Assembly (NCBI GenBank): GCA_030424665.1
Contig: JAUHWN010000006.1
Span: 1-56,664, forward strand
Direction: 5' to 3'
DNA length: 56,664 nt
Source of the DNA: Bdellovibrionia bacterium
Lineage (GTDB): Bacteria; Bdellovibrionota; Bdellovibrionia; Bdellovibrionales; JAGQZY01
In this document: one piece after another, positions 29,400 to 38,948 of the stretch
Numbering within the stretch: the stretch's first letter is position 1
Layout of the letters: each line of letters begins with the position of its first letter
Notes under the pieces: model-generated
Told to the model about the DNA's origin: nothing
Seen by the model: the letters and a program-made list of their open reading frames with translations, nothing else
Databases searched by the model: none
Made by a program: the position numbers and the translations under genes

Positions 29400-30749
29400 A
29401 TGAAAACATTAATTTTTATTATGATCAGTTTGATACTCATAACATTCACCACAGCATGTTCCCACGATGTAAAAAGAACAGAATTTCCGAGTCAGTACAA
29501 TTCTGATGAAATGATCGAGAGTATAGAGGCAAGTTTTTTCAAGGCAAGAGGCAAGCAGTCTGATCTCTTAGCCGCGAAAGAGTTTAATCATGCACTGGAA
29601 CATTACCGAGAAGCCCGAAAAGAGTATTCGAGTCAGAATATTGACCTAAAAAAACTAACCACTGAGGCAGGATTAAGTCACGCCCTATTTAAACGTTCGA
29701 TCGAACTCGCAGACAGAAGAAAACAAAATTATGAATTTATTCTTTCCGCAAGAATGAAAGCTATTGATAAAGATGCCCGTTTTTATAACCGCACTTACCA
29801 AAAACTTAAAGCCATTGATGAAGATCTCATTAATGATACTAATGGTTTGACAGAGCCTCTCGACTCAGAAGACTATTCAAAGTTCCAATCTAAATATCAA
29901 GATCTCAAAGTTGAATCGATTAAGATTCAAGAATTAGGGATGATTCATGATTTAATAGATCAAGCAAGAGAGAGAGACGCCGAAGAGAAGACCCCCGAAC
30001 TGCTTAAAAAAACAATACGACTCACTAAAGTCAGCGAAAATCTTATCGATAAAAACTCCTCAAATGCTTCAAAGTACGATGAAGCAGTACTTAAAGCCGC
30101 TTACAGTGCCGCACTTTTGACGGACGTCTTAGATGCAATCGATTCTAGAGAAGGTCAACTCGCTGAATCAGTCGGTTTAGAACTCGTGCAAAAAAATCGA
30201 GCACTCGGAAAAAAGGATTCCGATATAGAAACTCTGAAAGACTTTTTAGCTTACACAAAAAATCGTCTAAACACCTCCAGGACTGATTTAAACTTGGTTA
30301 CTGAGAAACTCGAAGATGCGTCGAGAAAATTAAAAAAGAATCAAAGACTTCAAGATATCGCAAAAACCTTTGAGAAAAGTGAGGCTGAGATTTATCAGAG
30401 GGATTCAGACGTTATTATTAGACTCAAGAAAATTCCATTTGCAGTGGGCCAACATAAAATTCCAGAAAAGGGAAAGAAGGTTCTCGAAAAGGTTATCACA
30501 GTCACTGAGAAAGTTGACCCTACAAAAATTATAGTTTTAGGGCACACAGACATAACCGGCTCAAAAGAGTACAATAAAAAGCTCGCTAAAAAACGAGCCG
30601 TTAATGTCGCTCGCTATATCAATAGTAAAAAGGTAGACTCAGAAATTGAGACTCAAGCTGTTGGTTACGAAAGACCTCTCGTCGCCAATACTGATCGGGA
30701 GTCACGTGCTCTTAACAGGAGGGTGGACATTATCTTGGCCGTCAACTGA
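29400..30749 (+). CDS. OmpA-family peptidoglycan-binding lipoprotein with helical N-terminus
   Basis: Lipobox-like TTAC; C-terminal GHTDITGSKEYNKKLAKKRA...NRRVDI. Confidence 0.9.
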   Translation: MKTLIFIMISLILITFTTACSHDVKRTEFPSQYNSDEMIESIEASFFKARGKQSDLLAAKEFNHALEHYREARKEYSSQNIDLKKLTTEAGLSHALFKRSIELADRRKQNYEFILSARMKAIDKDARFYNRTYQKLKAIDEDLINDTNGLTEPLDSEDYSKFQSKYQDLKVESIKIQELGMIHDLIDQARERDAEEKTPELLKKTIRLTKVSENLIDKNSSNASKYDEAVLKAAYSAALLTDVLDAIDSREGQLAESVGLELVQKNRALGKKDSDIETLKDFLAYTKNRLNTSRTDLNLVTEKLEDASRKLKKNQRLQDIAKTFEKSEAEIYQRDSDVIIRLKKIPFAVGQHKIPEKGKKVLEKVITVTEKVDPTKIIVLGHTDITGSKEYNKKLAKKRAVNVARYINSKKVDSEIETQAVGYERPLVANTDRESRALNRRVDIILAVN

Positions 30750-30800
30750 CTAGATCCTACTTAGTAAAGGGCGGGACTCAATAAGTCCAGCAATTCAAAT

Positions 30801-30830
30801 GCAGCATCTCTTTCATGTAAGAGATGCTGC
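30801..30830. terminator. Hairpin between convergent genes
   Basis: GCAGCATCTCT-TTCATGTA-AGAGATGCTGC. Confidence 0.7.
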
Positions 30831-30874
30831 CCTTTCTATCGCCACTGGTATTCGAAAAAATGATTCAATCATGA

Positions 30875-31201
30875 TCAATTTACCTTGGCCTTTAAATACT
30901 CTTCAATTTCTAAAATCGAATCTTTCAATACCTTATAGTCGGCTTCATCACAGGCTTTTTGAATTCTTTTTGCTAATTCTCCCAAGTAATTAAACCCATA
31001 TGGTGCCGAAAACCCTTTCCACTTATGTGCCAGCTTTGAGATCTCCTGAAAGTCTTTATTTTCACAAAATAATTTTATTTTTGATAGCTCTTGAGTCCTA
31101 TCCTGTAAAAACTCTTCCACGAAATCTTCGAGCCCCTCTTCGGGTCGTTCATTAGATACTATCTCTCTAAGGTCTTCACCGACTTTCAACGAAATCTCCA
31201 T
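30875..31201 (-). CDS. Stand-alone Hpt phosphotransfer protein
   Basis: LAHKWKG...YGF motif, 108 aa, directly after the hybrid kinase. Confidence 0.85.
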   Translation of the reverse strand: MEISLKVGEDLREIVSNERPEEGLEDFVEEFLQDRTQELSKIKLFCENKDFQEISKLAHKWKGFSAPYGFNYLGELAKRIQKACDEADYKVLKDSILEIEEYLKAKVN

Positions 31202-31211
31202 TGTTTAAAGG

Positions 31212-33083
31212 TTAACTTTGAAACTTTCTAATAATCTTATCGACTGCCATTACAAGGTCTTTTGAACCAATTGGTTTGACAATATGCCCATCAAATCCTG
31301 CCTTGGTGACCTCTTTCTTGTCTTCTTCCATCCCATGTGCCGTTAATGCTACAATAGGATACTTTAGACGAGTCTCCCGTAGTTTTTGTAAGACCTCAAA
31401 GCCATTCATTTCTGGCATTTGAAGGTCGAGTAAAAGCAACGAAAAATCAGAATCACTCTCTCTAATATTTTCCAATGCCTCCACTCCAGAAGAAAAACTA
31501 TAGACTTGAGCTCCTGCCTTTTCCAAAAATGTTGAAAAAAGTCTTAAATTTTCCTTTGCATCGTCGACGACAATTATACTACATCCTTTTAACGAAACTA
31601 AACCCTTACCCTCTTCGCCTTCCTCTCTTTGTACGCTTTCCAATTCAGGAAGGACCTCTTTTCCTGGTAACTTTACTTTTACCGACAATTTAAAATGACT
31701 CCCCTGTCCCACTTCACTATCAACGAGCTCGACGCCGCCCCCCATTCTTTCAGCCAACTTTGAGGACAAGCTAAGACCTAACCCCGTTCCGCCCGCTCGA
31801 CGTGAGAAACTCGAATCGACTTGCTCAAAAGCCTTAAAGACCTTACCAAAATCTCCCCGTGGTATTCCCATACCAGTGTCAATAACCGAAACTGAAAAAA
31901 GATGAGAAACCTCGGCGTCGCTATCATTACTAACTTCCTCTACTTGAGCAACGACATCAATTCGCCCTTGGCTAGTGAACTTGATCGCATTTCCTATTAA
32001 ATTCGAAAGAATTTGCTTCAAGCGAGTATCATCAACAACAAACCAACTTCCATAATCGGATTGAAAGTGACTCGATAGATTAATACCTTTCTGTTCGGCC
32101 TTGATCCCAAACAGTAGAACAGACTCCTCTACAAGAGACTTAAGGTCAGTTGGTTTAGGAGCGAGTTCAAATTTCTCGAAATCCAACCTAGATATGTCCA
32201 AAATTTGATTTAATATTTGAAGTAAGTGATTGGAGTTCGTCTGAATAATTTCAGAGTTTTTACGAATATCCTCTCGGCTGAGGTCCTCGTTAATTAATAT
32301 ATCCGCATACCCTACGATGGCTGTCATCGGTGTTCTAATCTCGTGACTCACATTTGCCAAAAACTCACCTTTAGCTCGATTGGCGGTGTTCGCCTGAAGC
32401 AAAGCCTGGTAGAAATCTTCAAGCATCGATTTAAATGAATTGAATAATGGTCTAAAAACAAATAGCCAAATAATAAACATCAATATCGACAGAGTAACGA
32501 TTATATAGATAATCAACCTGCTTGTACTTTTAATTAGATCTGCCTGCAATAAGTCGATATCTCTATTTAGCTTACTGATAATATTTGTTAACATTTCTAT
32601 TTGCCGTGAAACGGACTCCTCATCGAGAACTTTCTGATAGCTACTTTTCTGAACAATCCCTTCTCGGATAAATTTTAGAAACGTCTCAGACTCTTCTAAA
32701 TACCTGCTAAAATTCAACATGAAATCTGACTGTACGTTTTCACTCCTATTAACTTCTTCAATCAGCTCATTGACCAGCTGCTTCTCATTGTTCAAACTAG
32801 ATACTAATGCATCTAATTCCGACTTAAATTCCTTTACTACATTGTTCAGCCTCGGCTTCTGGAGTTCTCGAGAAATTCTCGAAATTTCAGATAAAGCAGT
32901 AATTTGCTTTCGAATCGAAGAGTCAATTGAACCTATCACTGATTGTATTCTGTTGATGTCCTTAAACAGGGTATAAGAACCAAAAGCAGATACTCCCAAG
33001 AGAACAAAACTAAAAAGTGTCGTGAGATAAAATTTAGCCTGAGCTCTCTTAATTACTTTCTTAAACTGACCTATTCGCTGCAA
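31212..33083 (-). CDS. Hybrid sensor histidine kinase with receiver domain
   Basis: Two TM segments, EFLANVSHEIRTPM (H box), NAIKFT, DTGMGI, GGTGLGL and receiver LDLQMPEMNG. Confidence 0.95.
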   Translation of the reverse strand: MQRIGQFKKVIKRAQAKFYLTTLFSFVLLGVSAFGSYTLFKDINRIQSVIGSIDSSIRKQITALSEISRISRELQKPRLNNVVKEFKSELDALVSSLNNEKQLVNELIEEVNRSENVQSDFMLNFSRYLEESETFLKFIREGIVQKSSYQKVLDEESVSRQIEMLTNIISKLNRDIDLLQADLIKSTSRLIIYIIVTLSILMFIIWLFVFRPLFNSFKSMLEDFYQALLQANTANRAKGEFLANVSHEIRTPMTAIVGYADILINEDLSREDIRKNSEIIQTNSNHLLQILNQILDISRLDFEKFELAPKPTDLKSLVEESVLLFGIKAEQKGINLSSHFQSDYGSWFVVDDTRLKQILSNLIGNAIKFTSQGRIDVVAQVEEVSNDSDAEVSHLFSVSVIDTGMGIPRGDFGKVFKAFEQVDSSFSRRAGGTGLGLSLSSKLAERMGGGVELVDSEVGQGSHFKLSVKVKLPGKEVLPELESVQREEGEEGKGLVSLKGCSIIVVDDAKENLRLFSTFLEKAGAQVYSFSSGVEALENIRESDSDFSLLLLDLQMPEMNGFEVLQKLRETRLKYPIVALTAHGMEEDKKEVTKAGFDGHIVKPIGSKDLVMAVDKIIRKFQS

Positions 33084-33327
33084 AAAAAGACTCCGAATTT
33101 AAAAACAAAAACCGTCCCTACTCTACCAATCATGAAGCCCAGAAATTATACGTACACTCCAAAATTGACAATAGAAAATAAATTCCTCATTTTCCAGAAC
33201 CACTTACATCTATTTGATATTACACACTTTTTTGGCGCTCCAAAAATGTGACCAAATCTACACAATTTTTAAAAGAGGTCTTAAGCCAAAACTAACTGGA
33301 ATCCCATAGTCTTAAGCTGGAGGAACA

Positions 33328-33774
33328 ATGAATAATCTAAATCAAGTTATAATAACATTTTTAAATAATAAAGATTTTGATCCCTCGAATTCAGTCTTTA
33401 CAGAAATTCGGAAAAACTTATCGAGTGATTCTAGACTCAGAAAACTCAGTAGAGCGGAGGTCCAAAAGGAGTTAATGGATCGGACTCAGATAAAAGGCCA
33501 CTTCAATGCTTTGCTGTGGAAATTACGCAAACTTATTGGAGGGGGCCTGGCAGAACTCCATAGGGATTTTAGAAATATGAATTCAAATCAAATTTGTCTA
33601 TTAATCGATGTTAAAGATCTGAAAAAAGAGAAAGTCGCTCTTTTGAAATCCAAAATTTCGAATCCTCCGTTCTTTAGAAGTAAATACATTAACAAACTCG
33701 GAGTGGAGCACCTTACTATAGAGACTCAACATAGAGCGGAGGCGCATTTATTTAAGAACTTTGACAATGGATGA
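33328..33774 (+). CDS. Hypothetical protein
   Basis: 148 aa ORF with GGAGG RBS; no recognised motif. Confidence 0.6.
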   Translation: MNNLNQVIITFLNNKDFDPSNSVFTEIRKNLSSDSRLRKLSRAEVQKELMDRTQIKGHFNALLWKLRKLIGGGLAELHRDFRNMNSNQICLLIDVKDLKKEKVALLKSKISNPPFFRSKYINKLGVEHLTIETQHRAEAHLFKNFDNG

Positions 33775-33912
33775 TATCAGCCTTGAAAAACTCATCTTCC
33801 GAATTTTAAGTTTTCTACACAACTTCTAAAAATATCGGAAATGAATTTAAGAGGGATATTACTTAATCTCAAAGAGCAAACTTACTGAGACTAACGACAG
33901 GAGAAGATTGAA

Positions 33913-34413
33913 ATGAAGATAGAAGAAATTTCCAGTTCATATATTGTAGACAATATTTCAAAGACTGAACGAACAACTATTGCTAAATGCCTGAACGGCG
34001 TTCTTGCCGATGAATATGCCCTATTTACAAAAACACTTAATTACCATTGGAGTGTGACCGGCCCTAGATTCCATAGCCTCCATAAAATGTTTGAAGAACA
34101 ATATCGGGAGCTACTAACTGTAATGGATGAGATCGCAGAGCGAGTGCGAATCCTTGAAGAGAGCCCTATTGCTACAGTTCGAGATTTCGCCTCGGCGATG
34201 GAAGTCAATGAAACCCCAGGAGAGCGACTCAACAGTCGTCAAATGATTGCAGATCTATTTGCCACTCATATCCATATTCAAAAGTCTATTGAAAGTAACC
34301 TAGAAAACATCAATTCCCTAGAAAAGGACTTTGGAACTGAGGACTTTCTTGTGGGCCTACTTCAGAAACATCAAATGATGAGTTGGACTTTGAAGTCCCA
34401 CTTATCTGAATAA
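33913..34413 (+). CDS. dps: Dps DNA-protection ferritin-like protein
   Basis: YHWSVTGPRFHSLHKMFEEQY and DEIAER ferroxidase motifs. Confidence 0.95.
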   Translation: MKIEEISSSYIVDNISKTERTTIAKCLNGVLADEYALFTKTLNYHWSVTGPRFHSLHKMFEEQYRELLTVMDEIAERVRILEESPIATVRDFASAMEVNETPGERLNSRQMIADLFATHIHIQKSIESNLENINSLEKDFGTEDFLVGLLQKHQMMSWTLKSHLSE

Positions 34414-34423
34414 TAAAAAATCA

Positions 34424-34467
34424 AAAAGGCCCCCATCCCCTCCCCCTCTGGAATCGGGGGCCTTTTA
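34424..34467 (+). terminator. Terminator-like hairpin after dps
   Basis: AAAAGGCCCC...GGGGCCTTTT with a large loop. Confidence 0.55.
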
Positions 34468-34497
34468 TTAATAACTTTCAAATGAAAAGGAGATTCA

Positions 34498-34812
34498 ATG
34501 AACAACAATATGGAATATCGAAACGAAATGAATGGAGCCTCACGGACTCCAAAGCAAAACCTCATGGAAGCTAAAAGACTTATTTTAGATGCATCCAATA
34601 ACATTTATGAAGAAAAGAAGAATGATATTCAATCTGAGATCAGTGATTTTAAGTCGAATGTGGAGGACGTCAAAAAACGAGTCCGAGAAAATGCTTTTGA
34701 AACTAAAGAGTCGATCGAAACACAAGTTAAGGAACGTCCTTGGACCTTTGTTTTTGGCGCAACCCTCGCCGGTTCTTTAATCGGATTTTTATTGGGTCGT
34801 CGTTATAAGTAA
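34498..34812 (+). CDS. DUF883 / ElaB-YqjD-like tail-anchored protein
   Basis: Helical body and C-terminal VKERPW...GSLIGFLLGRR. Confidence 0.88.
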   Translation: MNNNMEYRNEMNGASRTPKQNLMEAKRLILDASNNIYEEKKNDIQSEISDFKSNVEDVKKRVRENAFETKESIETQVKERPWTFVFGATLAGSLIGFLLGRRYK

Positions 34813-34826
34813 TTAAGAACAAATAC

Positions 34827-34851
34827 GATGTGGGGTTCATCCCCACATCGA
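34827..34851. repeat. Perfect intercistronic hairpin
   Basis: CGATGTGGGG-TTCAT-CCCCACATCG with no T tract. Confidence 0.7.
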
Positions 34852-34866
34852 TATTAAGGAGTCAGT

Positions 34867-35481
34867 ATGATTGAATCCATTATAAAAAGCATTGCTAAAG
34901 AGACTAATATTTCGCGAAAACTGGGTATGGAAGCGACCAGGATCTATGATAGTTTCGAAGATCACCTTAGTACTTTATATCGCGGCCAGTTAATCGCGAC
35001 TTCAATATTTACCAGCTTCATTTTTTCTCTACTATTGCTATGCAGTTTACTACTGGCGCAATTTGCTTTTCAATATTCAGATGCCTCAGAAGGCCTCTTA
35101 ACTTCAGCCATACTTATGACCGCCATTAGCTTTATGATTAATGGAATTTACACCCTCATGCAAAAGGCTAAGAGTCGTGAGAGGAAGAGGAGATTTCATT
35201 CCATTGTAACAAATACCATCGATAGTATAATCGACACAGTTTATCCAGATCCCAAACGAGATCAGGGAAAATTCTCAACAAGTCCAGAACAAGATCAACT
35301 GTCGAATCGTCTGGAAAAGTTAGAAACAGCCTTACTACTTCTAATTGAGCAAAACGAGATGTCGATCGAACCAAAAGAAGAAGCCTCAAGAAACCACTTC
35401 GAGAGAAATTTACCCAACGACGCAGAAGCCACTGGTAAAGAAGACACAACTTGGGCGTATAAGAAAGGAATCGCCCAATAG
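34867..35481 (+). CDS. Two-TM membrane protein of unknown function
   Basis: Two hydrophobic segments, AAGGAG RBS; follows the DUF883 gene as YqjE follows YqjD. Confidence 0.65.
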   Translation: MIESIIKSIAKETNISRKLGMEATRIYDSFEDHLSTLYRGQLIATSIFTSFIFSLLLLCSLLLAQFAFQYSDASEGLLTSAILMTAISFMINGIYTLMQKAKSRERKRRFHSIVTNTIDSIIDTVYPDPKRDQGKFSTSPEQDQLSNRLEKLETALLLLIEQNEMSIEPKEEASRNHFERNLPNDAEATGKEDTTWAYKKGIAQ

Positions 35482-35515
35482 GGCAATCTTCGTTTACAGG
35501 AAGGAGTCAATTGAG

Positions 35516-36154
35516 GTGAAAACATTCGTATTTATCTTCACACTAATTATAGGATTTGGCCTGTACTTTGTGAGCGTAGAGGCTAAAAACAAAAAGACAA
35601 AAGGAGGCGAATGGATAACGATCTCTGGAGTCGTTACCGGAGTCAGAGATGATGGCTTCGTTATATTATCCGAAGGTAAGTCAACTTTCATTGATTTCGA
35701 TTCTACTCCGGCACATTCCAATCTTCAAAAATTAGAATCTGGCTATCAAGTCATTGTCAGTGGAGAGATTGAGCAAATTCAATTTGAGGAAGGCAAGCTC
35801 TTAGCAGAGCAAATATATCTTAAAGAGACTGACACTTACTTAATTGGGCAACCAACTGAAAATTCAAATGATGTGATAAGCTTAAATCCCTACTACTCTA
35901 CCGTCGAGGATTTACCCCAAAACACAATTGTTAACATAAAGGGAAGGGTCACGCGTATCAAACAAAGAGACATTTTCGTCTTTACAGGGGATAGAGAAAT
36001 TAAGGTCGACACTTCCGAAATGGCATTTAATCCCATTGATGATCAAGGAGCTACAAAAATTGAACTCAATGACTTTGTAAAGGTTTCGGGAACTGTCGAA
36101 AGAAACTTCTTTCAGTCTAATGCCATCAAGGCATCTTTTATTTCTGAGTATTAA
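35516..36154 (+). CDS. Secreted tandem OB-fold protein (YgiW/YdeI/BOF-like stress protein)
   Basis: GTG start after AAGGAG gives a signal peptide; two repeats, WITISGVV...VIVSG and VNIKGRV...VKVSG. Confidence 0.65.
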   Translation: MKTFVFIFTLIIGFGLYFVSVEAKNKKTKGGEWITISGVVTGVRDDGFVILSEGKSTFIDFDSTPAHSNLQKLESGYQVIVSGEIEQIQFEEGKLLAEQIYLKETDTYLIGQPTENSNDVISLNPYYSTVEDLPQNTIVNIKGRVTRIKQRDIFVFTGDREIKVDTSEMAFNPIDDQGATKIELNDFVKVSGTVERNFFQSNAIKASFISEY

Positions 36155-36219
36155 ACTTATTAAAATCAAAACTATGTTAATTCCCCACGGACCACAAAGA
36201 ATATGGCCCCCTTTTTAAG

Positions 36220-36417
36220 TTACTGGCTCGGGATTGTTTTTTCGCGGTCATAGCATTGGCAATTTCCGCTTTGAAACTTCCCGATCTTGCCAAACCGGGC
36301 ACACATACTTCGACACTGCATCGGATCTATTGGGGCCGAAGGCATTCTAAAGGAACTACAACTTAAAAGAAAAAGAACACTCAAAAGCCAAGAAAGACTT
36401 TTTAAAAAGATTCCCAT
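36220..36417 (-). CDS. Small Cys-rich lipoprotein, 65 aa
   Basis: ATG 7 bp after the upstream stop, lipobox LLSC, CxxxC and CxC motifs. Confidence 0.55.
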   Translation of the reverse strand: MGIFLKSLSWLLSVLFLLSCSSFRMPSAPIDPMQCRSMCARFGKIGKFQSGNCQCYDREKTIPSQ

Positions 36418-36424
36418 GACTCGA

Positions 36425-37354
36425 CTATTTTTTAGAATCCAAAAAGGATTTCGTTTCAGCATTGGCGCGGAAGAGCCAGCGAACACCAAGTATGAGTGCG
36501 AGCAGGGCCGCGCCTAAACCGACAAGATTTTTCATCTCGGGCTGGAGAAGGCCAAAAGAAATCATGGCTAAAGAAAGAACGATTGCAATCCAAGAAAGGC
36601 CATAATCCTTCACTTTTACTCGAGTCGGTGATTTCTCTTCCGTTTTCTCCGATAGCATATTCTGCTCAACTAACGCTTGAATCTTCTTTTTCGAGGGTCG
36701 GGCGAAAGCATCTAATGGGTTCATGCTTAATATCCGACCATATTTATGGGCTGCGAAACTCAACTCAGAGGCCTTATGACACTCATCGATAAATTCTTGG
36801 TGGAGGTCCATGTCATTCCAATTGTTGACCACGTGGTGCCATTTCGCCTGAAGTTCCGGAGTCCCGTGAATTATAGGGACTTCAGAATCCTCCTCTTGAG
36901 GATTTTCGCGAAGGGTCTTTAAGTCCGCCTTGCAATTGTAACACTGGTCCATGGTGCTCAGAACCTCAGTATGACATACAGGGCAATCTTCCTTCTCCTC
37001 GATCTCAAGCGGCTCTGGCTCCTTCTTTGCCTTTACAGGTGCCGGCTCTACAGCTCCTGTGGGAATCTCCCTAAGAGGAACATCCACAGGAATTCCAGGC
37101 TCAAGGGGCTCTCTATGAGTGATTGATTCTGGGCTTTGACTTAGAGTATTATCTAAATCGGCGTTTGCAAAGGGATAGGCTTGGATTTCGATATCCAAAA
37201 AAGGCTGTGGCCACGCGAAGAAAAATCGCTCGTCACAGGCCTTGCACTGGAAAACAGGCTTGTTATTTTGAATAACGTAAGCATCGACCGAGTAGGGAGT
37301 AAAACATTGGGGACATCGTGTTCGAACAACTAGATTTTCGCGATTTTTATCCAA
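36425..37354 (-). CDS. Double zinc-ribbon (MJ0042-like) membrane protein
   Basis: CPQC-x17-CKAC, Pro/Glu-rich linker, CPVC-x10-CYNC and two C-terminal TM segments. Confidence 0.75.
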   Translation of the reverse strand: MDKNRENLVVRTRCPQCFTPYSVDAYVIQNNKPVFQCKACDERFFFAWPQPFLDIEIQAYPFANADLDNTLSQSPESITHREPLEPGIPVDVPLREIPTGAVEPAPVKAKKEPEPLEIEEKEDCPVCHTEVLSTMDQCYNCKADLKTLRENPQEEDSEVPIIHGTPELQAKWHHVVNNWNDMDLHQEFIDECHKASELSFAAHKYGRILSMNPLDAFARPSKKKIQALVEQNMLSEKTEEKSPTRVKVKDYGLSWIAIVLSLAMISFGLLQPEMKNLVGLGAALLALILGVRWLFRANAETKSFLDSKK

Positions 37355-37388
37355 TGTTTTCTCCAGTTCAACTTGATAGGCTTATTAT

Positions 37389-38948
37389 ATGAAAATTAAA
37401 AATTGGTTCAAGCTCTATTCTCTCCCATTGTTATCCGGTTTTCTAATTGGAACAAGCTATATTCCGTTCCCACCTTGGGCTTTATTTTTCTGCCTCATTC
37501 CCCTTTTTCTTTTTGTCGAGAAAACGGAGAGCCTAAAGAAGGTATTCTTTGGTGCTTGGATGACCCAATACATTTTAAATTTAATTGGCTTTCACTGGAT
37601 TGCCCACACCGCTGCCGAATTTGGTCACCTTCACTGGACTCTTTCTACTTTAGTTCTTCTCGCATACTGTAGTTTCGCCCATTTGCAGTTCCCCTTGTCT
37701 GCTCTTCTCTTTGTTTGGCTCAAGAAAAAAGCGAAGCTTCCGGAATACTCTCACCTGTGGATCATCGCACTTTGCTTTTTGACTGTTGATAGTATTTGGC
37801 CAATGATTTTTCGTTGGCATCTTGGCTACCCTTGGATCTGGGCTGGTGTCCCCGCTATCCACTTCACTGAATTCATCGGCTTTATTGGGCTTCACGTCTA
37901 TACGGTTTTTTTCAATGTGACTCTGATCTATATCTGGCGCCATAGAAAAGAAAACCGAAAGAAGATGAAACTTGCGACCGGAGCACTCTTCTCGATCCTC
38001 ATTTTTATGAATATTGTGGGAATTGTACGAAAAGAACACTGGTCTAAAACTGATGCCGAAGTAAAGTTCTTAATGGTCCAAGGGAACATTGGAAATGTCG
38101 AGAAGGTCGCCGCTGAAGTCCAGGGAGATTTCATTGGCCACATTACAGACACCTATTACAACATCACCCGTGAAGGACTGGCGAAATATCCCGACACCGA
38201 AATTGTAGTCTGGCCCGAGACTGCTTTTCCTGAATACCTCAACACCTATTATCACCGCAGGACAACCGTTCGCCGGCTCAAAGATTTTTTAAGAGAACAA
38301 AATGTTTACCTCATGACTGGAGCCTACACTAGAGATCGCCAGACGAAACAAATTTTCAACTCACTTTATTCTCTCAAACCCAATGGTGACTTTGCCGATG
38401 AAGCTTACCACAAAACGATTCTTCTGGCATTTGGTGAGTACCTTCCTTTGGGTAATGTCTTTCCTGAGCTCAAAAAAATGGTTCCCTTTGTTTCTGATTT
38501 CGGGAGAGGAAAAGGGCCCACTAATTTAGAGGTTGGCCAGTGGAACTTTGGTCCACAAATTTGTTACGAAGGACTCTTCCCTTCTTTTTCTGCAAGTCTC
38601 GCTCACCAAGGGGCTGAAATTTTAGTCAATATCACCAATGACTCTTGGTTTGGTTATCCGTTTGAGCCCTATCAGCATCTTTATATGACGTTTGCGAGAG
38701 CTCTTGAGTTTGGCCGTCCCCTCGTTCGCGGTACTAACACCGGGCTAACAACAGGTATTTTGGCCGATGGTACAATTATCCCGCCCGGACCGAGAAATAC
38801 AGAACTCGCAAAGCAGGTTGTTGTTAAGTACAAGAAGAATCCACCACAGACCTTATACTCTTACTTTGCTGGCTATTGGTTTTTGATTTTAAATTTATCC
38901 CTTCTAATAACAGTAGGAAGTTACTTTGTCAGATCTCGCAAACATTGA
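37389..38948 (+). CDS. lnt: Apolipoprotein N-acyltransferase
   Basis: Multiple TM segments, VQGNI, WPE, YHKTILLAFGEY, ICYE and TNDSWF. Confidence 0.96.
   Translation: MKIKNWFKLYSLPLLSGFLIGTSYIPFPPWALFFCLIPLFLFVEKTESLKKVFFGAWMTQYILNLIGFHWIAHTAAEFGHLHWTLSTLVLLAYCSFAHLQFPLSALLFVWLKKKAKLPEYSHLWIIALCFLTVDSIWPMIFRWHLGYPWIWAGVPAIHFTEFIGFIGLHVYTVFFNVTLIYIWRHRKENRKKMKLATGALFSILIFMNIVGIVRKEHWSKTDAEVKFLMVQGNIGNVEKVAAEVQGDFIGHITDTYYNITREGLAKYPDTEIVVWPETAFPEYLNTYYHRRTTVRRLKDFLREQNVYLMTGAYTRDRQTKQIFNSLYSLKPNGDFADEAYHKTILLAFGEYLPLGNVFPELKKMVPFVSDFGRGKGPTNLEVGQWNFGPQICYEGLFPSFSASLAHQGAEILVNITNDSWFGYPFEPYQHLYMTFARALEFGRPLVRGTNTGLTTGILADGTIIPPGPRNTELAKQVVVKYKKNPPQTLYSYFAGYWFLILNLSLLITVGSYFVRSRKH

Noticed and set aside
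35345-35515. N-terminal extension of the OB-fold ORF
   Set aside because: It overlaps the upstream gene; GTG at 35516 has an RBS and exposes a signal peptide.
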